Below, piece after piece: positions 48,301 to 59,658 of a DNA stretch of 64,000 bases; positions within the stretch are counted from its first letter, which is position 1, and each line of letters begins with the position of its first letter. The notes under the pieces are model-generated. The model saw only the letters and a list, made by a program, of their open reading frames with translations, had not been told where the DNA came from and made no database searches. The position numbers and the translations under genes are program-made. Source of the stretch: Lama guanicoe (taxonomy: Eukaryota). The stretch covers positions 2,293,374 through 2,357,373 of the forward strand of contig MU054220.1 of assembly GCA_013239625.1 (NCBI GenBank). The letters are read 5' to 3'.

Positions 48301-50569
48301 TAGGTGTGGGCTTGTTAAGAAATGAGGAAGATGACAAACATAACTTGCTGAAGTACCTGGTAACCCTCGGAAATAGTTGAAGGTTAGTTGAACAGTATCC
48401 CTGGCATTTTAATGAGTATATTTTCATTTTCCTTATGAAGAAATAATCATTAGAGAGTAGGTGAATTGCTCAGGATCTCCTGGTAAAATAGAAGATTAGC
48501 ACTCTGAATCTTCCTGGCTCCCATGTCGAATGCTTAAGGATGTGTTATCATCACTGAGTCTTTTCATGACTGTATGATATATTATTGTTATGACTCTTCG
48601 TAAGCTGTAGGGATCAAAGCCAACACCTGCAGCTTCCATAGAGTATGTGATTTGAGAGTTGGCTGTGCTTAGATTGGGACTGAGAACCTCTTTCCTTTAA
48701 AAATATATTTGGTCTCCTGTTTACATGTAGACGAGGGAACACATTATCTATAACAGACTAAGATAATAGATTCTTTTTGCATTTCTTTTTTTTTTTAATT
48801 GAAGTATAGTTGGATCACAATGTTGTGTTAGTTTCTGGTGTATAGCCTAGTGTTTAACAAATTCTTAATGACTAGTTTAGGAATGGCCAGTTTAAAATTG
48901 CTTAGGTGAAGGTCCACATGACATCAACATATTTTTGGCTTGTGGTGCCTGGAGAAATAGAAGCCCAGAAGATGAGCAAATGAACATTAGATTCTGTAGT
49001 AAAACATGAACATAAAAATACTCATTAAATGCAGTATTAAGTTGCCAATTTAAGTGCTCAGCTCAGGAAATGCCAAATTTAAGGTACTCAGAACAACATT
49101 AACTCATTCACCTGACACTTAACAGTCTACATTAAGTTACCTCATAAGGGCTCTCAGGTCTATTATCAAAATTATGTTTTGAGATCCATGGGTCATTGAC
49201 TGACTGGGCTAAGCTGGGAGGAGGCATTATATTGGTACCTTTAATGAAGGGTTTGTTAGGTTTGTTTTTTAAGTTGAGCTATGGAAGCATTTTCTTGTTT
49301 ACTTCTCTGCTACTGAAAATACCATCAAATATATTTTATTGAGCTTTCTTGAATTGGTGACAACTGTTAACGCTGTGGGATAAAAGGGAGGGGAGCCAAC
49401 TTTTGAATACTTACCATGTGCTGGGGAATTTGTATTTGTTCTTCCATGTAATATTTGTAAGAAGCCTGTAAAGTGGATGGTGGTATCTCTGTTGTAAAAA
49501 GTGAGAAAGTGATCCCTCTTGAGGGATCTCAGGTCTCTTATCAAAATCGTGCTTTGAGGTTCATTGGTCCTCATACAGACCGTGAATGACAAAGCTGAGA
49601 TGGAGAAGGCAGTCTTCTTTCTGTATTAAGCCAGTGTTTTTCAAGCTGTGATTTTTGGAGGTGCCTAAGGGGTGGCTATGAGAGTAAGAAAGAGCTTTGG
49701 TTCTCCCTTTCTGCTTAAACCAGAGCAGCTCAACTTTGATCTGTTTTATATTTTAGTGTTTACACAGAAGATTTCATTTGGAAAAAGGGGTTTGCTTCTT
49801 AAAAAAAAGTTGGGAAGAAAAAAAGCATGGAAGACCACTTTCATGGAATCATGAAAGAAAATTAATTAAAACAGTCTGATGATTTAAAAGATAGCTAAAT
49901 CGCATAACTGTCAATCAGGAAATTTTGTCAAAGTTTGAAGTGTCTTGACATCATAACCATATGTGCAGTGCAGTTATTCTGTTCTTAGGGAGCTTAGGAC
50001 TCTGAGTTCTAGCCCAGCTCCAGAGTATCTGTGAGATCTGGAGATTCTTCTTTAAACCTGGTATGCATGAATATAACAATGTAACACCTATCTTACAAGT
50101 TGTTTTAAGGATAGGAAATAGCATGTAACACAGAAGACCTCAAATAGCCAAAACAATCTTGGAAAAAAGAGAATAGAGCTGAGGGAATCACACTCCCTGA
50201 CTTCAGACTGTGCTACAAAGCTACAGTAATCAAAACAGTATGGTACCAGCACAAAAAACAGACACATAGATCAGTGGAACAGGATAGAAAGTCCAGAAAT
50301 AAACCCACGCACTTACGATCAATTAATCTACAACAAAGGAGGCAAGAATAGACAACGGAAAAAAAAAAAAAGAATAGAAAACGGAGAAAAGAAAGTCTTT
50401 TCAATAAGTGGGGCTGGGAAAACTGGACAGCTACCTGTAAAAGACTGAAATTAGAACATTCTCTAACACCATATACAAAAATAAACTCAAAATGAATTAA
50501 AGACTTATGTATAAGGCCAGGTACTATAAAACTTCTAGAGGAAAACATAGGCAAAACACTCTTGGACAT

Positions 50570-51068
50570 GTGGTTGGGCAGGTGCAGACCCTGGGCCCTG
50601 ACCACGTGGTGAGCTGTTGTGCTGTTCCTGAGCTTCAGGAGTCACTGCAGTAGAGATCATGTGTGTCTTCCTGACACACATGCTGGCTCCTGTCACTGTC
50701 ATGGCAGGACTGGAGCAGGAGGGGGAAGGAGATGGAATCACCTGTGGACCGCTTCAGAGTCACTTCCCTGAGACTTTGTGACTCACAGGTTGTAGTTCTG
50801 ACTGGAGCCCATGAGTCCCTGGAATCATTTGTTGTCTATTTTGTACATGTAAATCTGAGAGCTAGTGTTTTCTTGGTTTGTTTTTTTTAATGGAGGAACT
50901 GAGAACTGAACCAGGACCACCTGCATGCTAAGCAGGTCTCTACCACTGAGCTATACCTACTCCCCCAGGACTACTTGGCTTTTTTGTGACCTCTGTTTAA
51001 CTGGGTGAAATCAAAATTTTCTTTGGTATCTTCCAATCCCCCATACCCCCCAAAAAAGGAAAAAAAAG
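50570..51068 (+). pseudogene. Orphan retrotransposed insert (probable processed copy of an mRNA/lncRNA 3' end)
   Basis: Perfect 17-bp TSD aaaacactcttggacat (50553-50569 and 51069-51085), decayed A tail, non-L1 body. Confidence 0.75.
50870..50966 (-). mobile_element. Vic-1-type SINE inside the orphan retrocopy
   Basis: tggaggaactgagaactgaaccagg...ctgagctatacc. Confidence 0.82.
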
Positions 51069-54000
51069 AAAACACTCTTGGACATAAATCTCAGCAATAT
51101 ATTTTTTGAACCAGCTCCTGGAGTAATGGAAATAAAAACAAAAATAAACAAATGAGATCTAATTAAACTTAAAAGCTTTTGCACAGCTCTGGATACCGTC
51201 AACAAGATGAAAAGATAACCTACAAAATGGGAGAAAATGTTTCTGAATGATAAGAATGACAAAGGACTAATTTCCAAAATATACAAACAGCTCATACACC
51301 TTCATATCAAAAAACCAAGCAACCCAGTCAAAAATTGGGCAGAAGACCTAAACAAACATCTCTCCAAAGAAGACCCACAGATGGCCAACAAGCACATGAA
51401 AAATGCTCAACATCGCTAATTGTTAAAGAAATGCAAATCAAAACTATGAGATATCACCTCACACCAGTCAGAATGGCAATCATTGAAAAGTGTACAAACA
51501 ATAAATGCTGGAGAGGGTGTGCAGAAAATAGGACCCTCCTATACTGTTGGTGGGAATGTAAATTGATGCAGCCACTATGGAAGACAGTATGGATTTTCCT
51601 TTAAAAACTAAAAAAGACTTACCATATGATCTGGCAATCCCACTCCTGGGCGTAGACCCATAGAAAAATATAATTCAAAAAGACACATATACCCCAGTGT
51701 TCATAGCAGCACTGTTTACAATAGCCAAGACATGGAAACAACCCAAATGTCCATCAATAGATGACTGAATAAAGAAGTGGTGGTGTGTATGTACGTGTGT
51801 GTGTATATATATATATATATATGCACACACACGTACATACACACACACATGATGGAATATTACTTAGCCATGAAAAAGAATGAAATACCATTTGCAGCAA
51901 CATGGATGGACCTGGGGATCGTCATTCTAAGTGAAGTAAGCCTGAAAGAGAAAGAAAAATGCCATATGATGTTGCTTATATGTGGAATCTGAAAAAAAAA
52001 AAGGACATAAATTAACTTATCTACAAAACAGAAACAGACTCAAAGACAGAGAACAAACTTATGGTTACCAGGAAGTAAAGGGAGTGGGAAGGGATAAACC
52101 GGCAATTCAAAAATTGCATCTCTTGGGGAGTGATGGAAATGTTAGCTATCTAGATGGTGGTAGTGTTTACATTCATGTATACATCTATCAGAATCCATCA
52201 AACTATACTTTTGAAATATGTGTAATTTACTGTACAGGAACCATACCACAATAAAGGTGTTAAAAGAAAAAATAAAGAAATAGTATGTAAATACTAGGAG
52301 TGCCTGGCTTATAGTAGATACACCTAAAATACTACCTATTGCTAAGATGATGATGCTGTTGGCAGTTTTTTAGTGGGTTGACATTTCCCTCCCAAGTGCC
52401 TGAACAGCTTCTGCCATATCGAGGGAAGGCAGTCCTTTACCTCTGAATATGTCTCATCATGAGTGCTTAGCATGTTTGTTTTTGATAAAGTTAGTCTTTA
52501 AACTTCCCAAGATTCATAGGTGCATCTGTCATTGATGAAAATGAGAAAACTTGAATCTCACTACTTTTGTTTTCATTGGACTTAAAAGAAAGAAACAGTA
52601 GTGGAAAGTAACCCCATAAAGTGAATTGTGAGAACTGGGCTTTTTCTGACAACTGCCCTGAGTGAGTCTGGTCACAATGGAAAAGTGAATTTGACTTTTT
52701 AAGATCTCAGTCTCAAAGTGATGTCAAAGTCACTTTTAACTTTGTACATCCATGATTTGATGAAAAAGGTTAAAGATACTTTATTTTCATTGCCAAAATT
52801 AAAAAAAAATTACAGCATTAAGGAGCTTTCTGCTGATTTGATCCGGGAAGCTTCTGTTCATACTAATTGAACAAGTCCAGGGCAGTATTTTGTATAGAAG
52901 GACATTGCAACCTTTTGCCCAGGGATCAAGAAGAGAAATACGTGACTTGGAAAATACCAGATCGGAATTGAAACTGGAAACAATTGTAAGGAAGCTAGAG
53001 TGAGAGATTATCGCTTGCTTTTGGGATGATAGCTGGAGTCTTCAAGTCCATAGCACTTTGTACTCCCTTGAGGGTAACAGTTGTCACATTTCAATATGGT
53101 AGTAATAGTAACAGTATATTGTAGTTCAGTTTGAAAGCTCTTTGAGGTTGGAGGCCTTTTCTGGGTTGTGTTTGTTTTCACCTCGCTGTCCCTTTCACCT
53201 GTAATAGGTCCTGGCACGTAGTATAGTCCCTCTCAAATATGCTAAATGGAAAAAAAAAAGAGTTGAATCAAAATCAGCAGACATTTAGAAAATGGCTTCT
53301 GCCTAAATACTCTTGATTGAACTTACTGAACCTCTTCTGTTGGCATATGATATTATAGAAAAACCTGGTAAAGTTGGGAAAGCACTCATCTTGTAGCTTT
53401 GAACGCCAGCTTTACCACTTACTGGCTATTTGATTATGGCAAGTAGTTTCACACTGAGCCAGGTTTTTGTCTACAAAATGGCGGTGGTGTGGGGGGCTTT
53501 GAGAAACAGCGTACATAAAACATTAGCACTTAATAGTGGTAGATGCTTTTATTACAAATGGATGTTTTAAATGTTATCAGCAGTATATTTTGCACTTCTG
53601 CTTGAGGGAGGAATATATTTTTTTAGGGAAGTTTGTTTGCTATGGCTTGAGTACGTGGGAGAATTATCCTCTCTTGCAATTTTCTGCTGAAAAGAAATCA
53701 TTTAGCATTTCTTCCTCTGTGAGCCCACGGGATGGTTCCCTGGAGGAGGCAGAGAGGGGGATGGGATCCTAGAAGAATTGCTAAAGACCTTGCATTTTTG
53801 CAGATCTCTTTGGGATGCTACTTCTGTATTGCTCTCACTGAGCGCACCTGACTCAGCTGTCAGACATTAGCATGGTAGACATTTGTCAGATTTACCCCAG
53901 TCAGAAAATATTCTATATTTACCATCCAACTTGGCGCTTAAAGTTTTTTTTTGTTTGTTTGTTTGTTTTAGTTCTCTGTGATGTAGTGATGATAAGTGAG

Positions 54001-54204
54001 AAAGGTAGGCTGCAGGGTAATGTGTAGTATATATGATCCCATTTTGATGCAGAAAACAAAAACTTGCATGCATGCATGTTTGTATGAGCAGTGAGCTTGC
54101 ATGATTATCTCAGGAGGGTAGGAATGGGAAGAGTGGGGAGGGAGACTGGCTATAGACTGTTGTTTTACTTGTTACAAGAAGCACGTGTTACCTTTGTGTT
54201 ACCT

Positions 54205-54976
54205 TTTTTTCTAATCCAGCTTTTTATTTTGAGATAATTGTAGGTTTACATGTGGTTATAAGTAATAGAGAGATGCTGTGTGCCCTTTACTGAGTTTCCC
54301 CTAATGGTAACATTTTATAAATATTACATAGTACACCATACACCATAGTACACCATCACAACCTGGATATTACCATTGATACAGTTAAGATACAGAACAT
54401 TTCTATCCCAAGGAATCTCTCCTGATGCCCTTTTATAGACACTCCCACCCCCAAATAATAATGATCCAAATAGTGGAGTGCATAAAATCGCAATAAAGCT
54501 TTTGCATAGAGAATCAAGGGAAAATACTCCTGGGTATAGCTAAGTGGTAGAGCACATGCTTAGCGTACACAAGGTCCTGGGTTCAATCCCCAGTACCTCC
54601 CACTCCCCCAGCCCTGTCTGTTATCCTTGGCAACCACTAATCCATCTCCCTTTATCATTTCAAGAATGTTACATAAATAGAATCATATGTTATGTATCCT
54701 TTTGGATTGGCCTTTTTCACTCAGCATAATTAGCTAGAGTCATCCAAATTGCATGTATCAGTAGTTCCTTTCTTTTTAATTACTGAGTAGTATTCCATGG
54801 TTTGGATGTACCTCCTTTTGTTTAATCACTTGCCCAGTGAAGAACATCTGAGTTTTTTCTCACTTCATGGCTATTATGAATAAAGCTGCTGTGAACATTT
54901 GTGTACAGATTTTTTTGTGTGAATATATGGTCTCTGGGATAAATGCCTAAGAGTGCAATTGTTGGGTCGTATAGTA
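54205..54976 (-). mobile_element. L1MC-type 3' end
   Basis: ttttgagataattgtagg...cccctaatggtaacatt...gctgctgtgaacatttgtgtacag. Confidence 0.8.
54532..54600 (+). mobile_element. Tailless Vic-1/tRNA-Ala-like head
   Basis: gggtatagctaagtggtagag...gggttcaatccccagtacctcc with no A tail. Confidence 0.8.
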
Positions 54977-54983
54977 TGTATTG

Positions 54984-55079
54984 CCTTTTTAATTTTTTTA
55001 ATTGGAGGTACTGGGGATTGAACCCAGGACCTTGTGTAAGCTAAGCATGTGCTCTACTGCTTAGCTATACCCACCCCCC
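54984..55079 (-). mobile_element. Vic-1-type SINE (short tail)
   Basis: Head with T-rich tail; TSD tgtattgc. Confidence 0.88.
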
Positions 55080-55549
55080 TGTATTGCTTTTTCAAATTAA
55101 AAAGAAAAAACAAAAAATTAGAGGTATAACAACTAATTATATGATTCCTTTTCAAAGTACATATTCAAACGGTACATTCTTGGTGCACATAACTTATTTA
55201 CCTTGATTTCTGATGCTTTGTTCTAGCATCAAAACAATAATAATAATGCTATGGTTTTCCTTGACTCTTTCAACTGATAATCTGTGTATATATTGCATGT
55301 AATAATTAGCACTCAGCCTACTAGGAGGCAGGCAAGTAATGGTTAACGCTGGTGAGGACAGCTCCTTTATAGATAGGGGGGTTGAGAGGTTGAGGCATGG
55401 ATGTTATGGAATTTGCCTGAGGTTATACCATGAGTCACTGTGTTCTGACTCAGATTCATTCAGACTTATTCATTCTCTCTCTGTCTCCTGAATTAACTCT
55501 TTATAATTATGACCTAGGTGTGAGGACACAAAAAGAGGGTTTTTTTCTT

Positions 55550-55948
55550 TTTCTTTTTTTAAAAAAATGTTTAAATTGAAATATAGCTGTTGACAATGTT
55601 GTATCAGTTTCTGGTGTACAGCATAGTGATTTAGTTATGCATATATATATTCCTTTTCATATTGTTTTTCATTATAGGCTACTACAAGGTAATGAATATA
55701 GTTCCCTGTGCTATACAGTGGGACCTTGCTGTTTATCTGTTTTATATATAGCGGTTAGTATCTGCAAATTCCGAATTCCCAATTTATCCCTCCACACCGC
55801 CCCCATTTTCCCCTCTGGTAACCACAAGTTTGTTTTCTTTGTCTGTAAGACTGTTTCTATTTTGTAAATAAGTTCATTTGTCTCATTTTTTTAGATTCCA
55901 CATGTTAGTGATATTACATGATGTTTTTCTTTCTCTTTTTGGCTCACT
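55550..55948 (-). mobile_element. Lineage-specific L1 3' end
   Basis: tttctggtgtacagcatagtg...atagttccctgtgctataca...tagattccacat. Confidence 0.85.
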
Positions 55949-55999
55949 GAAAGGTTTTTTTTCCCCTGTATCTGAGGTTTAATGCTTGTTTTATAGAAG

Positions 56000-56225
56000 C
56001 AATATAGTGTGATGATTTGAGTATGTGCTTCGGCAACTGATTTGATTTTGAATCTCTCTTCCACGTGGGCAAATCAGTCAACCTCTCTAAGCCTCAGTTT
56101 TGTGATCTGTGAAATGGGGATAATGATAGTAGCTATCTTTATAGTGTCGCTGTGAGAAGTGAGATGATGTGAGGAAAGTGCTTAGCACTGTAACATGTGT
56201 AGCAAAAATTTAGTGAATGTTAAAT
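56000..56225 (+). mobile_element. MIR SINE
   Basis: acctctctaagcctcagttt...atctgtgaaatggggataatgatag core. Confidence 0.8.
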
Positions 56226-57568
56226 AAAAGTATTACCATAAATATATGTGTTGAATTCTGCCTCTTGTCTATCAATTGGTGGATAATTGCATAAATATTG
56301 GGATTTTTTTCTGCCATATACTTATAAGGCTTTAAGATTGCTGTAACTTTTGAGGTAAAAATACTTTTTTTGAATGCTATTTGAAATTTAGTATTGAAAT
56401 ATGCTTGTATATAGTTATTTAAAAATAGAAATTGATGTTGGATTGTATTTATTGTCATATTAATTTGTATGAAAATATTTTAAAGTTTCTCCCGAGTTAC
56501 TCATATTTTCTCAGGCTCATTGTCATAGAAAAATAGAAAGTGATTCTAAATAATTGATTTCCACTCTTTAATCTGTCCCCCCATATTTTCTTCCTAGCAT
56601 TTATCAGTACTTGAAAGTACCATCAGTTTTTAATTACACAAATAATCACATAAGTTTCTTGAGGACAGGAATGTTCTTGTTCACTGTAGTGTCTTCAGTG
56701 CCTAGAACAGTGCTGAGTGCATCGATATTTAGTAAACACTTGTTCGCTGTCTGTCATTGCTTTTGCATCCTTCCCCTCCCCCTTGAGTGTTTTTTATTTG
56801 GAAAGTTGGGGAAATGCAATCCAACTTTTAGTCAGGGCTTAAAATGCTTAGGTTCTTAAAAGTCCAGTGCTTTATTTTGATTGGCTGAGAAATGTGATTG
56901 GCACAGTGAACGGGCATCTGGGCCTTTCAGCATGAGAGCTCTGCATTTAATAATTTGACTTCTCCCCTTCCTGAAGCCTTGAGGGAAATTTTTCCTTTCC
57001 CTATTCTAGTCAGCCAAGAACCTGACCTGGGCTGACTCTTAACATTGGAGAACACTGAACACAGTATCTACTGAGCCAAAGACTGGGAGTCAAGCTCTGA
57101 TACTATCTGAAGGAAAAGCCTGAATTCAAATCCTGCCTTGGCTACTGACTCATCTTGCAAAACTAGATGAATTCCTTAACCTCTTCCAGGTTTTAATTTT
57201 CTTATTTGTCTGCTGAGTAATCTCATCTGTCTGGGCTTGTGAGGATACCTGGCTTAACATTCTCGAAGCTTTTTACAAGCCTGTTCATGTGGCTTCAGGG
57301 GTTTCCAAGAACCGATTGGGGGCAGTGTGGTGCTCCAGGGAGGAGGGTGGGACTCTTTTTTTTTCCCCAAAGACTATGCAGAAAACAGAAAGATGTGATC
57401 TTTCATGATCTGAAATAAGCTCTACTTCAGCCTCCTAATGTTGGTGGGTGAAGGATATGTTGTTGCCAAAGCCATTAGGCCTGTTTGCCTGAGGCAGCTG
57501 GGGTCAGTTCCCATTTCTGGGGTTAAGCTGTTTTTGCCTCTGTGAAGTTTCTTCCATTAAAAGCTACT

Positions 57569-57570
<2 letters not shown>

Positions 57571-57602
<32 letters not shown>

Positions 57603-57609
57603 CAAATTT

Positions 57610-57664
<55 letters not shown>

Positions 57665-57691
57665 TTTTTATTTTTTTTTTTTTTTTTTTTT
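57571..57691. repeat. Near-pure poly(T) tract of about 120 nt
   Basis: Directly visible; interrupted only by caaatttaaa, one c and one a. Confidence 0.95.
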
Positions 57692-59527
57692 GCTTGCCAA
57701 TAGAAAATCTCTTGCCATTTTTGTGCACTTAACAGTAGCCTTCTTGGTCTTTGATAGTTTGGGACTCAAAAATTGAGCTTCAGTTTCTTCTTGATTCAGT
57801 GGTTCCCTCCTTGTTCTTCCTTGAGTTTTCAGGGATTCTTGTGCTCTCAGCTCACTGTTTTCCACAGAAGAGTTTGCAGATAAAACTTCATTTTCTTTTT
57901 CTTCATCCTTCTGAGGTAAGTGGAAGTAAGGAATATTGTCTCAAATGTAGGTCTTATGGCTTTCCGTTTCCAGTTTTGATCATACTTTGTTTTTCAGCAC
58001 AAACTTTCCTGTGTTGCAGATGTTAACTTACATCATTTTGAGTTACTTTAGGAAGCCCTAGTCAGCAAAATCTGTAGTAGAAAAGCTGATACGTTTTTCT
58101 CCCCTTTATTATGATAACAGTTATGAGAATTCATTTAGTTTTGTATCTTCAAAGCAATTTGTAAGGTTGTTGGCTTCTTTGTAGTAAACCTTGTAGCAGT
58201 CTGCCTTGAGCTGAGTTTATATGTAAAAAACTTTGGGGGCAGTGGTAGATACGAGAAAAAGGGGTTACAGTGCTTGCTTATTTCAGTAAATTTAGGCTGA
58301 CAACCTTTGTACAGGTACTTGATTCATTATTACCTTTTAGACTGACTTTCTAGAGGCAGACCAGTTGTATTTTTGGAGTATTTATAATTCTGACTATAAA
58401 TGCTTTGCATGTCTGCAGTATAGGTGCAGGTTTTCTTAACATTTTATTTCTGGTCTTTGGCTGCTTATAAAAGGACTGTGTATAATTTTGATTGTTTTGG
58501 TCTTAATTCCATCAAATTATTTGTGTTTAGTTTGTCAGATGATTAGAGGTACTCTGTGATTCGGCTTCATAGCCACTGTGGTGTCCTTCGCACCTTCTCT
58601 CAGAGCTGTATATACCAGACTTCTTTGTGCAAAACCCCATTTGTTGTGCATTCTGGTTGTTGGTTCCTTACTTGGCTTTTACTTGGAAAAGTTGTAGTCC
58701 TGCCTTGAACTTTCTGTAATCCATTTCTTCTGAGATATTCCGAGGATATTATTCCTTTAAGGTAGAAAGAGGGTGTTTCAGTTTTTGTACTTAGAGTCTG
58801 ATTTGTCCAAGATTATGTAACAACTCAGTGGTAGAACTCAGTCATTGAAGCTTCTTACCTCTTAGTCTTATCTTTACCCATGAAATCATGTCACTTTTAT
58901 ATTTGGCACTATACAATATCCCATATTCCCAAACCTGCTGTCAGAAAATCATTGCTTCTGTGTTTTGTTCTAAATATGCTGTGTTTCAAATATGAATATA
59001 AAAAAGTACAAAAGACTCCTGTCATCTCTGAGATGTGTATTTTTTTTAAGTTTAGGTCCCTCTCCACCCCCTTAGTAGTGTTGGGGATGGATTTGCCCTG
59101 TGCATACTCTGTTGTCTGGCCTTCTCCTGATTAATGACATGTGCATAGTGAAATGACTGAAATTGTTAATGATACAGAGTTTTCTTTTCTTTTTTTTTTA
59201 TTTGACTTATAGAAATTGAATTTATGACCTTGAACTGACCAACATCACCCATAACTGACCACATTTTTTTCCAACCTACATTGTTGCTGTTTATGAAAGC
59301 TTGGGGTTTGTTTTGGGTTTTCCTTATAGCTGGATAAAAATACATACACGTATTCATTCTTTTCTATGCTAAGCACTGGGCTAGGTACTGACCAGGACAG
59401 ACATGGTTTTTGCCCTCACTCAGCTTGTAGTCTAGTAGGAAGAAAGAGTCTTAACAAGGAATTACGCACATAGGATATTAGCTCGGTAGTATTTTAGGTT
59501 ATCTATTGCTGTACAAAAACCACTTCT

Positions 59528-59642
59528 TTTTTTTTTTCTACATTAAAAAAATTGAATTATAGTCAGTTTACAATGTTGTGTTAATTTCTGGTGTACAGCA
59601 CAATTCTTCAGTCATACATGAGTATACATATATTCATTTTCA
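59528..59642 (-). mobile_element. Short lineage-specific L1 3' end
   Basis: Perfect TSD tacaaaaaccacttct at 59512-59527 and 59643-59658. Confidence 0.88.
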
Positions 59643-59658
59643 TACAAAAACCACTTCT

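Larger units (their letters stand above)
50129..52276 (+). mobile_element. 5'-truncated L1 (ORF2 C-terminal part and 3'UTR) inserted in a MIR, with internal insertions and a chimeric 3' end
   Basis: ORF2 remnants ([18 protein letters not shown]...CWRGC; FAATWMDL); TSD gaaatag(c/t)atgtaa at 50115-50128 and 52277-52290. Confidence 0.92.

Noticed and set aside
50213..52254. ORFs 50213..50605, 51011..51295, 51237..51419, 51335..51604, 51777..51992 and 51982..52254 as genes
   Set aside because: Frameshifted L1 ORF2/3'UTR remnants or their antisense frames
58380..58770. Minus-strand frames with faint resemblance to a Gypsy-type integrase N-terminus (YLKGIYP..., CEGHHSG), and a TATAAAAG at about 58466
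   Set aside because: Several stops and frame changes with only a few matching residues; needs a tBLASTn or Dfam hit before it can be claimed
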